The notes under the pieces: generated by a model
Told to the model about the DNA's origin: nothing
Databases searched by the model: none
The model's input: only the letters and a program-made list of their open reading frames with translations
Shown: positions 1-13,169 of the stretch, piece by piece
Layout: every line of letters begins with the position of its first letter
How positions within the stretch are numbered: position 1 is the stretch's first letter
Translations under genes and position numbers: made by a program
DNA from: Octopus vulgaris
Lineage: Eukaryota
Length of the DNA: 64,000 bases
Reading direction: 5' to 3'
Assembly (NCBI GenBank): GCA_951406725.2
Contig: OX597819.1
Span: 3,596,001-3,660,000, forward strand

Positions 1-99
1 TTTATTGCCAGGGGTGTCAAGTTTGCAACGGTGTGGTTGCTATTTGACACCCCTAAGAAGACTCGCAATTTTGCGAGCCAGTCCTTAGAAGGGCAAAAC

Positions 100-560
100 T
101 AATCTGCATATCCTTCTGATAACTCACAGATGGTGTTTCGACGATTTCTCCTCTCAGCTGCACTTACATCTGCGATGTTTTTCTCAGTTCTGCTGGTTGC
201 TGGTCTCCCAGAACGTTCGTCGATATCATCATTTTTCGGCCATCTTGGAAACGTCTGAACCACTTATACACTTGTGGGCTGCTCATACACTCCTCTCCAT
301 ACACTTTCTGCAACTTGAGCGTCGGCCTCTGAGCAGGCATCACCATGATAACTTTCTCTGTCATGGTCAATGCGACGATCACATGCTACACACCTTCCTT
401 TCAAGCATTGTTGTAAACAGTGGAAGTGAGCTAGAACGTTAGAACTTAGTGCGCATGCACAGCAGAATTCAAGGTCAATCTTTGCCAAGCGGTTTTAGTC
501 TGCGTACTATATAGCTTCGTTACTATAGCAACAATCTGTGCATTTATTGATATGACCTCG
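100..560 (-). mobile_element. Mariner transposon relic (5' TIR plus frameshifted N-terminal HTH)
   Basis: Minus-strand peptide KLQKVYGEECMSSPQVYKWFRRFQDGR, then DDERSGRP-like after a frameshift, resembles the Mos1-type HTH. The terminus reads TA|CGAGGTCATATCAATAAAT on the minus strand at 560. Confidence 0.8.
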
Positions 561-914
561 TATATAAGGACACAAGCATTGCTGACTGTTTAAGAAATTT
601 TTCACAACTATGAGATCTTTAATTTGCTGTTTTGCGAGAAATCTTGGACAAGCACATTAGCCATAGGTCGACAGGAGGCTTGGGAATAAAATCAGTCGGA
701 TGGAAACTGTGTAGAAGATCATTTGATCGGCTGTACTTAATATCCAAGCGTATAACCTTCGAATGGCATAATGCTACAGTTAATCTGTCTGAAAATTACG
801 CTAAGTGTACACGTCAGTGGAATGCTCAGCAAATGTGCACGCTGATTCAGCAAGTCGTTTCGTTCACTTGCTCCGACATGTGGACACTCATATATCTAAT
901 CAACGGGAAATTTC

Positions 915-1060
915 TTTCCAGCCCGTTATATTCTGAGTTCAAATCCTACGGAGACCAACTCTGCCTTTCATCTCTTCTGGGTCGATAAAATAAAGTACCA
1001 GTCAAGCATTGTGGTCGATGAAGAAAACTTGCCTCCTCCCACCAAAACTGCTAGCCCTGC
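915..1060 (+). mobile_element. Degenerate SINE family A
   Basis: ctgagttcaaat...gcctttcatc...gtcgataaaataaagtaccagtc matches other family A copies. Confidence 0.7.
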
Positions 1061-2340
1061 AATGGGCCAGTATTCCGGTTCGTTGTAAGGTTCTTGTGGG
1101 ATTTATTTAAATTCTTTAGGAATTGACGTTAATCTTTTGAAAAGCTCCAGCATTTCTACTTAGGTATACATTTTGACAGTTTTCTTTGTCTTTCATAAAA
1201 CGTATAGACGCCGTTTTGTAAAGCATTTGAATGTAGCTGCGAAGTTTGATGAAATATTTTTACTAGTCAAATAATAGTTTTATTCACATGGATGATTCGA
1301 CTTCGAAATTTGTTTCATGATTTACACAGTGAGAATGCAAAACTTTCGTTAACATAAACAATGCAAAAACTGGTTCACGTATGGGAGTACACTGATCAGA
1401 CTTCTAGGTTTGGAACAGCAAATTAATTTCTTTTCGATTTCACTCAACTCAGATTTCGTAAAATAACGATAATGAGGTTCATTAGTTTCATTTGAACTTC
1501 TCGAAACAAGATGCCATTTGAATATATAATTTTAATACAGCCCATTGGCTCAGAACTTTTTTTTTACACATTTTTTATTTTCGGTAACCTTCTTATGGTT
1601 GAAAAGGGAATATTTTGAACTAGTTCCTTATAATTATATATTCTATGTACGATTCTCTTTGCAGCTGTGGTCAGCAGAACCAGTTTTAAGCTTCTCTTGT
1701 CAGATAATTTATGTTAGAAGATAATTCTTCAGCAGGCTAAATGGAGAGAATGGGAAATGAATTTTATGAGAATTAAGTTTGGATCGTATAATTTCATTAA
1801 CGTGCAGAGAGAATTATTAACGCTACATAGGTTTGAAGCTCCGTCCGTTACAATAGCTAAACTGCTATTTTATAATAAACCCCAAACCACAGAAGAACTT
1901 TTTCGCGACTTGATGCAAACACTTCAATAGTAGCTTTTGTAACTGGAATTAACTATAAAATTTGTTATAAAATTACATTGTTTTATTGTACGCAATAATT
2001 AAATCATAGTCATATATGCTTTATACTAGCGATATCAGTTGATTTGCCCCAAATCGAGAACTCATTATTATTTGTGTTCAGTTTAATCTTTCGGTAACAA
2101 TGGAACAATAACATTTTATTTCTAAATAATTTGCATTTTGTTCAGTGCAGATTCAAATCAGCTGTGATTGATGATGAGGGAATGTATTTATTACTAAGTT
2201 ACAAACGATTGATGCTAAAAATAATTTCTTCCCTTGCTGCTGCTGCTGTGTTATTTTACTACTGAAACTGGCGAATTTGATTTATTACTGTAGTATTCTT
2301 TACGTTGGTCTTATGAACTCATTTTCCAATAACGAATGTT

Positions 2341-2733
2341 TATATATAAAAGAGAGGTTGTGTGCTGTCTGCCTCCTACGATTTAGATTCCTAACTACTC
2401 CCACATTTTGCGGTGCAGTTTAACCAAAACCGGGTATCTTATAGTCGTGATTCATATCGAGCCCTTCTGGGTATTAGTGTGCGTCTTCAATGAGTCTACG
2501 ATTAAAAAAAAATACCATTAATTTTTCACATTTTTAATGCATTTTTGGCATATATAAGGGAGGTAACTCTCTAAAAATGTATTATTAAATCTCAGAACGT
2601 AAAAATCTACAGTAACATCCCCCCCCCCTATGTGGTTAGCCATATAGAGATGGCTATTATACTTTACATCTCTAAAAATGCTTATATAGTTATTTCCCTT
2701 ACAAACCCGAGCAACGCCGGGCAATACTGCTAG
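2341..2733 (+). mobile_element. Non-autonomous Helitron-like element
   Basis: Start TATATATAAAAG followed by a tgtgtgctgtctg tract; 3' GC hairpin cccgagcaacgccggg about 10 nt before a CTAG|T terminus. Confidence 0.75.
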
Positions 2734-2989
2734 TACTCTATATAAAGCAAATGTGTTTTACTTCTCTTACTCAGTTCGAACTTTGAACCTCTACTCACCG
2801 TATAAATGATTATGGTTATGGAATAATGAAGATTTATTTAACAAGTAATTAGCTATTTCTTTGACCAAAAACCTCCAGTCTCCTTAATTAAACCAGGAAT
2901 CTCAACGTTGATCACTTAATATGCAAGAACCAGCATACCAGTATGTCTTAATATCCACCTCATCTTTTAAACAAAGTCTATTACATCGA

Positions 2990-3600
2990 AAAGGGTAGAT
3001 TTACAAGATAACAAGTATAAATTTGTTTATAAACTGTTATGCCTCCACTGGTGAAGGCTATGTTTGAAGGCCAATTAGTGGCACCAACAGTACTTAGCCG
3101 ACAGTATTTCAATCCTGAACATTTTAGACATTGAAGAAGAGATATGGTGCCATTCCATGGACTGAACCTTCCTTCACAAACCATGAAGATATGTTCACGT
3201 TTCATCCCCTGTCATCAGATCTGAAAAATGTGTCTTCACTGGATTCAACCATTCCATCAGATCAAAGCAAATTTCACCCCACCTTTCTTCAAATCATTTG
3301 CTAACTGCCAAAGTGCCCACTTTGCACCGACTTTCCGGTGCCAAATATCTTCCACAGTGTTTTGTAATGCATTGTAACACTTGTTTTGTAGCAGTGTTTG
3401 CAGCTGTTTTTAATGTTGGTTTCTTCCTCTTTAAACTTCATCCATGTGCGCATATTGCCTCTGTCAATGGTATTATCTCTGTAAACAACCTATTGATTTC
3501 TGTGCATATTGAACAGTTTGCACACCTCTTTTCTTTCATCAATAGCTCAAGGACAGACGTTGCTTCTACTTGGAATTCATTATCTGCCTGCAATGAAGAA
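2990..3600 (-). pseudogene. Decayed mariner transposase
   Basis: Minus-strand fragments RKVGAKW...L (WVPHEL region) and LMTGDET (first catalytic D motif), with stops and frameshifts. Confidence 0.65.
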
Positions 3601-3721
3601 CAAGGCAAAGAGTTGCTATAGAAGAAGAATTACGCGTTACTCTATCAACTTGTGCAATTTGAACGACCTAAGTAAATTTAAAAAATAATGCTAGGTCGAC
3701 TTTAGCATTACTTCCGGTCTT

Positions 3722-3723
<2 letters not shown>

Positions 3724-3772
<49 letters not shown>

Positions 3773-3866
3773 GTAAAGGAAAAGTTTACGAAAATAAACA
3801 AAAGACGAAGGCAGGTGGTGTACAAACAACAGATGTATTAGTATAGCGCTCAGGAATAGAAAAAGT

Positions 3867-3904
<38 letters not shown>

Positions 3905-3918
3905 TGTATATATATATG

Positions 3919-3974
<56 letters not shown>

Positions 3975-3981
3975 TATATAC

Positions 3982-4049
<68 letters not shown>

Positions 4050-4110
4050 AATATATATGCATCTGTGTATGACGTGTGTATGTGCTTTTGTGTATATATA
4101 TATATATATA
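3724..4110. repeat. (CA)n/(TA)n/(TG)n microsatellite with an inserted Penelope-type tail fragment (3776-3869, minus)
   Basis: The repeats are directly visible. The insert is similar to 39390-39480. Confidence 0.8.
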
Positions 4111-4649
4111 CAGAATTTGAGGATATAGTTGCCGGAGGGAAGTAGTAGATATTAGCATAATAGTGCAGGTTAGGGAAGTTAGGACTTGTCAAAGTGAAGT
4201 TTAAAATAAATGGTCCCTCGTACACGGTGGAGAGGTGGATGATTGAGAAAGAAGAGTGAATACTAAATTTGAATATGATAATTCATGATGTGTTACCTGC
4301 ATATTTCAGGTCACGATAAGTCCTAGAAATAAATAGTTTGTCTCACATGAAATACTTGATTCAATCTTTCCTTCTCAGAACTCTGAATCTGACACTCTAT
4401 CTACCGTCTTTTGTTGTAGTCTTCCAATTATAAGAGTCAGGTTAGCTGCCTCTGAATCACCAAGTCAGCAATTAAAATGGAGGTATAAACTACTTGAATC
4501 AGTTCTGGTACACCGATGATGCATGTTATATCTACTTCATCGAAATGTTAATACAGTGAAACTAAAATCGAAGATGACTGAGTGGTATTAACCACTAATT
4601 CTCTCTGTTATTTTGTCTAGTCTTCTATTCAAAAATGTTAGTGAAAATA

Positions 4650-5002
4650 ATGGGCTCAAATTTTCGCACAAGACCAGCAGTTTTAGGGGGAGAAGTTAAT
4701 CGAATTTATCGATTCGAGTGCTCAGCTGGTACATATTTTATCGACTCTGAAAGCATAAAAAGCAAAGCCGACCTCGGTGGAATTTAAACAGACAACGAAA
4801 AGAGTTGGAAGAAATACCGCTACGCATTTTGTCCGACGCACTAAAGTTCTGCTAATTATTTTTATAATAATGATTTCAAATTTTGGCCTTCAGAGAGGGA
4901 TAAGTAGATTACACCGACACCAGTTCTCAATTGGTATTTATTTTATCGACCCCGAAATGATAAAAGGTAAAGTCGTCCTCAGCGGAATTTGAGTTCGCCG
5001 CC
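4650..5002 (-). mobile_element. Two degenerate SINE A copies
   Basis: aaagtcg..ctc.gcggaatttga motif occurs twice; the head ggcggcga ends at 5002. Confidence 0.75.
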
Positions 5003-5020
5003 GTAATAATAATAGTAATA

Positions 5021-8000
5021 GCCAGCCTGGGATCGAAAAGTCATCAACTGGCACAAACTCTTCTCCGAATACGGACATGGATAGTCACTTGAACGGGAAA
5101 TCCCCCAACTCGAGCCCTCCAAGTTCACCACCACAACCACCACAGAAAGAAAAATGTAAGCGGAACAAATGGACCCGAGAAGAGTATAAAGAAGTAATAT
5201 ACGCTTATTACTATGCATTAGGTAGGCCATATCAAGAGAGACACACCGCAAACTCTTACAGTATATGGAGAACACGGAATCAAGACAGTAGGCCCTATTT
5301 GGACGAGAACAAATTAGCAAATGTGAGGAGGGATATCTTTAGAAATAACAGACTCACAGACAGTGAAATAAGTGCGATCAAGCACGCAACGGAAAATGAC
5401 ATAAATATAAGACACAAAGGAAATGAAGAATCAGATGAACAGTATAGCCCGCCACGAGGCTTAATTGAAAGACTGCCATCTGACCAAAGTACGCAAAGGC
5501 CTGAAGATACAAGAAATTCTATTGTACCTGTTAAAGATAGCCAGGAAAACGAAAAAACAACAGTAACTGAAGATCTCGCATTTGCTGAAGAACACAGAGA
5601 GTCTATGGCAGAAATGAGGCAGAAAATCCTGAATACGCTTGAAGTTGTAAGACATACAAGTATGAATGATAGAGAACCGCTTCATAAACTCTCAAATACA
5701 AACCAAAATAAAAAACAAATCCAAATTGGCAACTATGTAACAAATGAAATAATACGAGAATAAAAACCTGATTTTACTGAGTTAAATGAAATTATTTACG
5801 CTTCTGCTAGGGCAATTGAAACCAGCTGTATGCCCCCGAAAAAACAAAGAAAACAAAACCTGGGAAGAAATCAAACCTGGAGAAGTAAAATTGAAAAAGA
5901 GATTGAATTTATGAGAGGGGAAATATCAATATTAAATGAACTAATATGTGGAAATGATGTAAGATCCAGAACAGGAAGAAAGATGAAGAGAAAATTTGGA
6001 TCCTCACCAAGAGAAGAACTGATATCAATAAAAGAAACGCTGAAACAAAAAGTCCAAGCAAAAGCCCAAAGAATACGAAGATTTGAGAAGAGAAACAAGT
6101 TTTACAAGCAAAATAAGCTGTTCACATCCAATGCCAAAAAATTCTACAGAGAAATAGGGAAGGAGAAAGTAACCGTTAAAGACCCCCCTCCCATGGAAGA
6201 AGTTCAAAACTTTTGGGAAAGGATTTGGAGTGACAAGAAGACGTACAACATAAATGCAGACTGGATTATACAAACTGAAGGATCCTACCAAAATTTACAA
6301 CAACAAGCATGGGAAGACATCACAATAGCAGACCTAAGAAAGGCACTCACGAAGGCCCATAATTGGAAATCCCCCGGTAAAGATAGGGTGCCGAATTTCT
6401 GGCTCGCATCGCTCCCGTGCGCACACGGTAAGCTAGTTCAGCTGCTCAATGGAATTTTGAGAGACCCAAAGAAAACACCTGAATGGTTAGCAAGTGGCAT
6501 TACTTACCTACTCCCAAAGAATAACGAAACCAACCTTCCAAAAAACTATCGGCCTATAACCTGTCTATCCACCACGTATAAAATCCTAACATCTATCCTG
6601 GCGGAGAAAACATATGCATTCATGGAGAAGAACGATATTTTCCCCATTGAACAAAAAGGGTGCCGCCGAGGCTCTTACGGATGCAAAGATCAACTGCTAA
6701 TCAATCGTATGATCCTTGAGAACTGTCACAACAAGCGCAGAAATCTCAGCACCGCATGGATTGACTATAAAAAGGCCTTCGACAGTATACCGCATCCATG
6801 GATCTTGAGATCGCTGGACATCTTTAAAATTTCCCCTGTGATTTCAAACTTCCTGAAGCACAATATGTCGTTGTGGAATACGAATCTCCAATTATACCAC
6901 TCTAATGGAGTACTTGCCTCAGAAAATATAAACATCAACTGTGGAATTTTTCAAGGTGACTCACTTTCACCTTTAATATTCTGCATAGCCCTAATACCCC
7001 TTACAAGTGAATTAAACAGAACAGGGTATGGGTATAAAATTGCCAATAAAAAAATAAGCCATCTATTTTATATGGATGACTTAAAACTTTATAGTAAAGA
7101 CAATAATGAACTTGAAGGCCTATTGCGCACCGTGAAAGCATTCAGCGATGACATCGGGATGGAGTTTGGACTTGAGAAGTGTGCCAAGGCCACTTTCCAG
7201 AAAGGGAAAGTGAAGACCACAAATTCAGTCGTGTTAGATGTTGACACAGTCATAAGAGAGCTTGAGCAAGAACAGACATACATATATTTAGGGATAAATG
7301 AAGGCTCTGGTATTCAGCATGCAAGCATGAAAGAGAAAATCAGGAAGGAATGTTATAGGAGAGTTCGTGCAGTCCTGAAATCTGAACTAAATGCACGTAA
7401 CAAGGTGTTAGCTATAAATTCCTTAGCAGTTCCAGTTGTTACTTATAGCTACAATGTGTTGAACTGGAATATGAGTGAAGTAAAGAATATAGATAGAAAA
7501 ATACGCAAGCTGCTGAGTTGTAATAGGATGCACCACCCAAAGGCAGACGTAGATCGCCTTTACCTTCCCAGAGCCCAAGGAGGTCGAGGCCTGATCCAAT
7601 TTGAACTAGCTTACAAAACAACCACAATTGGACTGGCCAAATATCTCGAAATATCGAATGACTGGATGCTAAAGCTCGTGGAAAATCACGAGAGACGAAA
7701 GAAGCTTCATTCTATCATCAAGGAAAGCAAAAAATTTGCTATTGATCTCGTGCAGGATACCCAAACTGAACAACCCGAGGGAAGTACGGCAACTATTGTT
7801 GCAAAGAAGGTGAAAATGATGGCAATGAAAAAAGCGCACGAGCAATTGGCTGATAGGTGGGAGGAGAAACCTCTGCACGGCAAATATGTTACCCGCAGCA
7901 AACAAGCTGATGTTGACCAGAAGCAAACCCATCAGTGGCTGCGGAGCTCAGGGCTAAAAGCAGAGAGCGAAGGTTTCATCCTGGCTGCTCAAGACCAAAG

Positions 8001-8690
8001 CCTATTAACCCGGAACTACCAGGCCAATGTGATGAAAAATGGAGCAGACCCAAAATGCCGATTCTGCAACGACATGATTGAAACAGTGGACCACCTAATC
8101 TCTGGATGTAAAGTTTTAGCACCAGTGGAGTATAAATTAAGACATGACAGAGTTGGCCAATATCTCCACTGGCTAATAAGTCGGCATTACAATATCAAAA
8201 CTGCCGACAAGTGGTATAATCACAACCCTGAGGCTGTAACTGAAGGAGAAAATGTAACCATTCTGTGGGACTTTCCAGTACATACAGACCGAACCATCAA
8301 GGCCAATAAACCAGATATTGTTGTGAAAGACCAAAACAATAAAGTTTGCTTATTGATCGACATGAGCATCCCCTGTGATCATAATATCTCAGCGAAAGAG
8401 TTTGACAAGCTCAGAAAATATAAAGACCTACTCATTGAAATTGAGAAAATGTGGCATCTCAAGGCGGTTACAATACCAGTGATCGTAGGAGCACTAGGAA
8501 TAATCAAGAAGGGAACCGAAAATTATATGAGAATGATCCCTGGCTTAAAAAAAAAAAAAAAAAAAAAAATGAACGAACTACTGAGTTTGGTTTAATGGCC
8601 TACCAATATACACTATGAGTTTATTTGCCCTAGGAGTCGGGAAGACACTCGGCAAGAAATGGAAGAAAATTTGAAAGAAGAAAAAAAAAA
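5021..8690 (+). mobile_element. Near full-length R4/Dong-clade non-LTR retrotransposon (RT + RLE endonuclease) inserted in (TAA)n
   Basis: Flanked by (TAA)n at 5004-5020 and 8692-8751. One long reading frame carries a Myb-like N-terminus, RT, CCHC knuckle and RLE; A-rich 3' end. Confidence 0.93.
5077..8595 (+). pseudogene. R4/Dong ORF (about 1170 codons) broken by one in-frame TAA at 5761 and a 3' deletion
   Basis: ORFs 5077-5763 and 5830-8595 are in the same frame (IRE*KPDFTELNEIIYASA). Motifs: KWTREEY (Myb-like), NYRPITCL, IDYKKAFDS, GIFQGDSLSP, FYMDD, QGGRGL, CRFC..ETVDHLISGC, RHD, KPDIVV..IDM..K..KY. Confidence 0.92.
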
Positions 8691-8751
8691 GTAATAATAA
8701 TAATAATAATAATAATAATGATAATAATAATAATATTAATAATAATAATAA

Positions 8752-9149
8752 TCTTTTCTACTCTAGGCACAAGGCCCGTAATTTTGGGGGAGGGGGCCAA
8801 TCGATTAGATCAACTCCAGTGCGCAACTGGTACTTAATCTGTCGACTCCGAAATGATGAAAGGCAAAATTGACCTCGGCGGAATTTGAACTCACAACGTA
8901 AAGACCAACGAAAAATCTATAACTTTACTACCCACAAGGGGCTAAACACAGAGGGGACAAACAAGGACAGACAAACGGATAAAGTCGATTACATCGACCC
9001 CAGTGCGTAACTGGTACTTATTTAATCGACCCCGAAAGGATGAAAGGCAAAGTCGACCTCGGCGGAATTTGAACTCTGAACGTAGCGCCAGACGAAATAC
9101 CGCTAAGCATTTCGTCCGGCGTGCTAACGATTCTGCCAGCTCGCCGCCT
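8752..9149 (-). mobile_element. SINE A dimeric array
   Basis: Head ggcggcgagctggcagaatcgttagc, body, tail ...gtgggtagtaaag, then a second body with a different tail. Confidence 0.85.
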
Positions 9150-9309
9150 TAATAATGATGATGATGATGATGATGATAATAATAAAAATTATAATAGCAA
9201 CAGCAATGATGATGATGACATTAAGCATGTGACATTACTATTGCATCCATATGTACGTACATGGTTGTACATGAGCATATCCTTGTGCAACCTAAAATCT
9301 AGAAGTAAT

Positions 9310-9750
9310 ACTCTCTTTACTCTTTTACTCTTTTACTCGTTTCAGTCATTTGACTGCGGCCATGCTGGAGCACCGCCTTTAATCGAGCAAACCGACCCCG
9401 GGACTTATTCTTTGTAAGCCTAGTACTTATTCTATCGGTCTATTTTGCCGAACTGCTAAGTGACGGGGACGTAAACACACAAGCGTCGGTTGTCAAGCAA
9501 TGCTAGGGAGACAAACACAGACACACAAACACACATACATACATATATATATATATATACATACATACGACAGGCTTCTTTCAGTTTCCGTCTACCAAAT
9601 CCACTCACAAGGCTATAGTCGGCCCGAGGCTATAGTAGAAGACACTTGCCCAAAGTGCCACGCTGTGGGACTGAACCCAGAACCATGTGGTTGGTTAGCA
9701 AACTACTTACCACATAGCCACTCCTGCCACTCCACAGCCACTCCACATTT
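9310..9750 (-). mobile_element. SINE family B
   Basis: Reverse complement of 62471-62862 (tRNA-like head, internal TA/TG tract, tail ggcggtgctccagcatggcc). Confidence 0.9.
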
Positions 9751-10214
9751 CTAATAATGAAATTAGTATTAAAAACTCGAATAGAATTTACACCCAGTAA
9801 TTCCGTATTGCTTCAACTCAGTAATGCTATTCACTCAGTTTCCATTCGTACGATATGTTAATATTCTAATTCAATGAATTAATTCTATTTTATCTCGCTG
9901 CTTTTATAGTGATTACTGCTAAGTAATGTATCATTTTTTACTGAGTTATCCTTCTGAACTTCACGTCTCTACTATAATATATGGTTTTGTACTGTTTGCA
10001 TTAATATTTTATCATGCCATTTTATCATCTTCCTTTAAAATGTTTATATATCACTTTCAACTGGCCTAATGGTATAATGTAATGTTTATTTATGCTGTTG
10101 TATTCTAATGTAAACGATATATCAAAATATTTGTAGTTGTAAATGAGCGTAAAATGTATTTATTTGTATTGAATGCATTTGTGTACTTATAGGTGTGTTA
10201 CAAAACAAACGCAT

Positions 10215-10760
<546 letters not shown>

Positions 10761-11650
10761 GGGAGCGAGATACATACACACATATATGTGTGTGCGTGTA
10801 CACATTATACCTATCTATCGATGTGATTATGCAATTTGGAGTATGAACGTAAAAACACACAAGCAGTTCTATCTGGCTGTCTGTCTATATGTATGTGTGT
10901 GTGTGTGACAGTCTATGTTATCTGTGAGTGTATATAAATATTGTGAGACGATGGGCGTAGACATAAACGTATAAAATCGTGCTGATATACGTTCGTAGAA
11001 ACGTCTACATGTGTGAGTATAGAATAGTTCATTGAAGATCCCACAATCTTGTCTCTTGTTTTACTGCTGTACTAAATATAGCTTCTATGATGGTTAATAG
11101 TCAACTAGCATCAATCACTTTAGCCGAAAAATATACTGAAATGTAATATAGGCAGCTTGAATTTGTCCAGTTTATGTATCTACAACACAAATGTGGTATA
11201 GTAATATACTACTATATCACACCTTTCTAGTGTGGGGAATGAGACGCCCGTTCACAGGCCCCTGATGTTAAATAATATGTTCGATACATACGGTATGCAA
11301 ATTAGTAATCCCAGTTCTCAGCAGCAACAAAATTTGTTGAGCATATAAAGAGAATGTTTCTCCGGGATTGGCGAAACTGATGAGAACCGAATAAGGTTCA
11401 TAACTTTTTTCAGTCTCCGGAGAAATAGTTGAATTTGCCCTGTTTATATATCTATTACATTGGTTTCATTTATATATGTTACAAATAAGAAAATGGAGGA
11501 GAACAATAGGTGGTTCATCAACTTTTGGACATTAAAAATGTTAAATTATTTATCAAACTGATAATTATAATAACATTCCTACATATAACATATTATTCTT
11601 TGCAGGATACCAGAAATTATTTAAAAAAAACATGAATATAAGTTGGTAAA

Positions 11651-11767
11651 ATAACTTACAGCTGTTTCAGCCTTATAGATAAAAGTACCTCATTCTACCT
11701 ATATTACTCAAGTAGATTGAGGTAATAGGCAGATGAAAATGAGGTACTAGGCTTCGTCAGAGATTAT
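11651..11767 (-). ncRNA. Type I hammerhead ribozyme motif with long stem II
   Basis: Minus strand: ataatct-CTGACGA-agcc...(85-nt stem II)...ggct-GAAAC-AGCT-GTA^agttat. Confidence 0.8.
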
Positions 11768-11850
11768 AAAGTACAAAAGTTAAGTTATAATAATAAATAT
11801 AAATATAAAATAAACAAAATACACACACATTTGTATATATATATATATAT

Positions 11851-12607
11851 ATACAATAAAAATGGTAAATAATTTTTCAGTGGTTTTTCATATAACCAAC
11901 AATTATTTACCGGTAAATTTCGGTATGTAAATATGACAAATTCATCGTCAGGAACTTTTGTAAAGTTCAGTATATAGTATAAATAATTAAAAGGGCAAGC
12001 AACAGGCTGCTTCGCCGCATACCGAAGGAATTAGAAATGGCAGTCAAAGACTGTTTTTTCCATTTTCTATAAGTGGAGATTCCATATACGATGAACCCCG
12101 CGATTCACATACGCAAAATCGGAGTAGCAAATAAACGAAAACAATCTCTTACCGTTAATAGTGAAAATGTTTCTAGATCACAAGCTCGAAAATAGCTTAA
12201 TTTCCTTCGTCAACACTATATTCGATAGATTTACCAAATGCCACAAGCCCTCACCTCTGACCAAGCGACATCAGATAGTGGGGGGGAAGTGTGCAGATGT
12301 TAAAACTAAGTAATGACTGGGAACGTAAATTCTCCCTCCAAAATTCTGCCATGCGCGCCGTCTGGGTGATCGCAATGGAATAAGAAATCCACATGGTAAT
12401 ACAATAAAAATGGTAAATAATTTTTCAGTGGTTTTTCATATAACCAACAATTATTTACCGGTAAATTTCGGTATGTAAATATGACAATTTCAGCGTCAGG
12501 AACTTTTGTAAAGTTCAGTATATAGTATAAATAATTAAAAGGGCAAGCAACAGGCTGCTTCGCCGCATACCCAGACGGCGCGCATGGCAGAATTTTGGAG
12601 GGAGAAT
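11851..12607 (-). mobile_element. Non-coding partial-tandem element with inverted terminal segment and decayed hammerhead (12158-12219)
   Basis: 173-bp direct repeat 11851-12023 / 12399-12571; 38-bp inverted copy 12329-12366 / 12570-12607; TA-rich flanks. Confidence 0.75.
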
Positions 12608-13169
12608 ACATACATATAAATATACATACATATAAATATGCATAATTAATTATATATACTGAAATATACTATACATACACACCTACATCCATAAGCATAT
12701 ATAATATTCAGTTATTACTAATATTATTATTATTAATATTAGATTAGATGTATTCTGCTATTCACAATAGATAGTGTATAAAATATAAAATATAGAATAT
12801 AGAATAATATATAAACAGATGTTTATGAAAGATACAAAATGAGACAAGAACGCAAAACATCCGGACAGTTAGGTGATACAAACAGGGACAACAAAACATC
12901 TAGATAGACGATACGAAGAAAACAAGGACGGGTCATTCGAAGTTTTCTATCTTCAGTCAAGAAACAGATTATCCTCGCAATTTCGACTGATTATTCTTGA
13001 GATTGCTCCACTCTGGCTATGTATGTATGTATGTATGTATGTATGTATGTATGTATGTATGTATGTATGTATGTATGTGTGTATGTATGTATGTATGTAT
13101 GCATGCATGCATGCATGCATGTATGTATGTATGTATGTATCTATATATCTACATCTATATTTCTATATA

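Noticed and set aside
3195-3220. CTGATGA-caggggat-GAAAC hammerhead-like string on the minus strand
   Set aside because: No stem II or stem I pairing; it is the coding sequence of the mariner LMTGDET motif.
5021-5090. Possible HDV-like ribozyme at the LINE 5' end (gccag...ctggc pairing)
   Set aside because: Only a P1-like helix is visible; P1.1, P2, P3 and the catalytic C context could not be built.
5077-5763. Separate ORF1 of the LINE
   Set aside because: Same frame as the RT ORF with continuous plausible peptide across a single TAA; R4/Dong elements have one ORF.
11895-11955. CTGACGA...GAAA-palindrome (atttaccggtaaat) on the minus strand
   Set aside because: No stem I or stem II closure, and the duplicate copy reads CTGACGC.
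12381-12397. 17-nt match taagaaatccacatggt shared with 60716-60732
   Set aside because: Opposite orientation relative to the ribozymes, and a match of this length is plausible by chance in AT-rich 64 kb.
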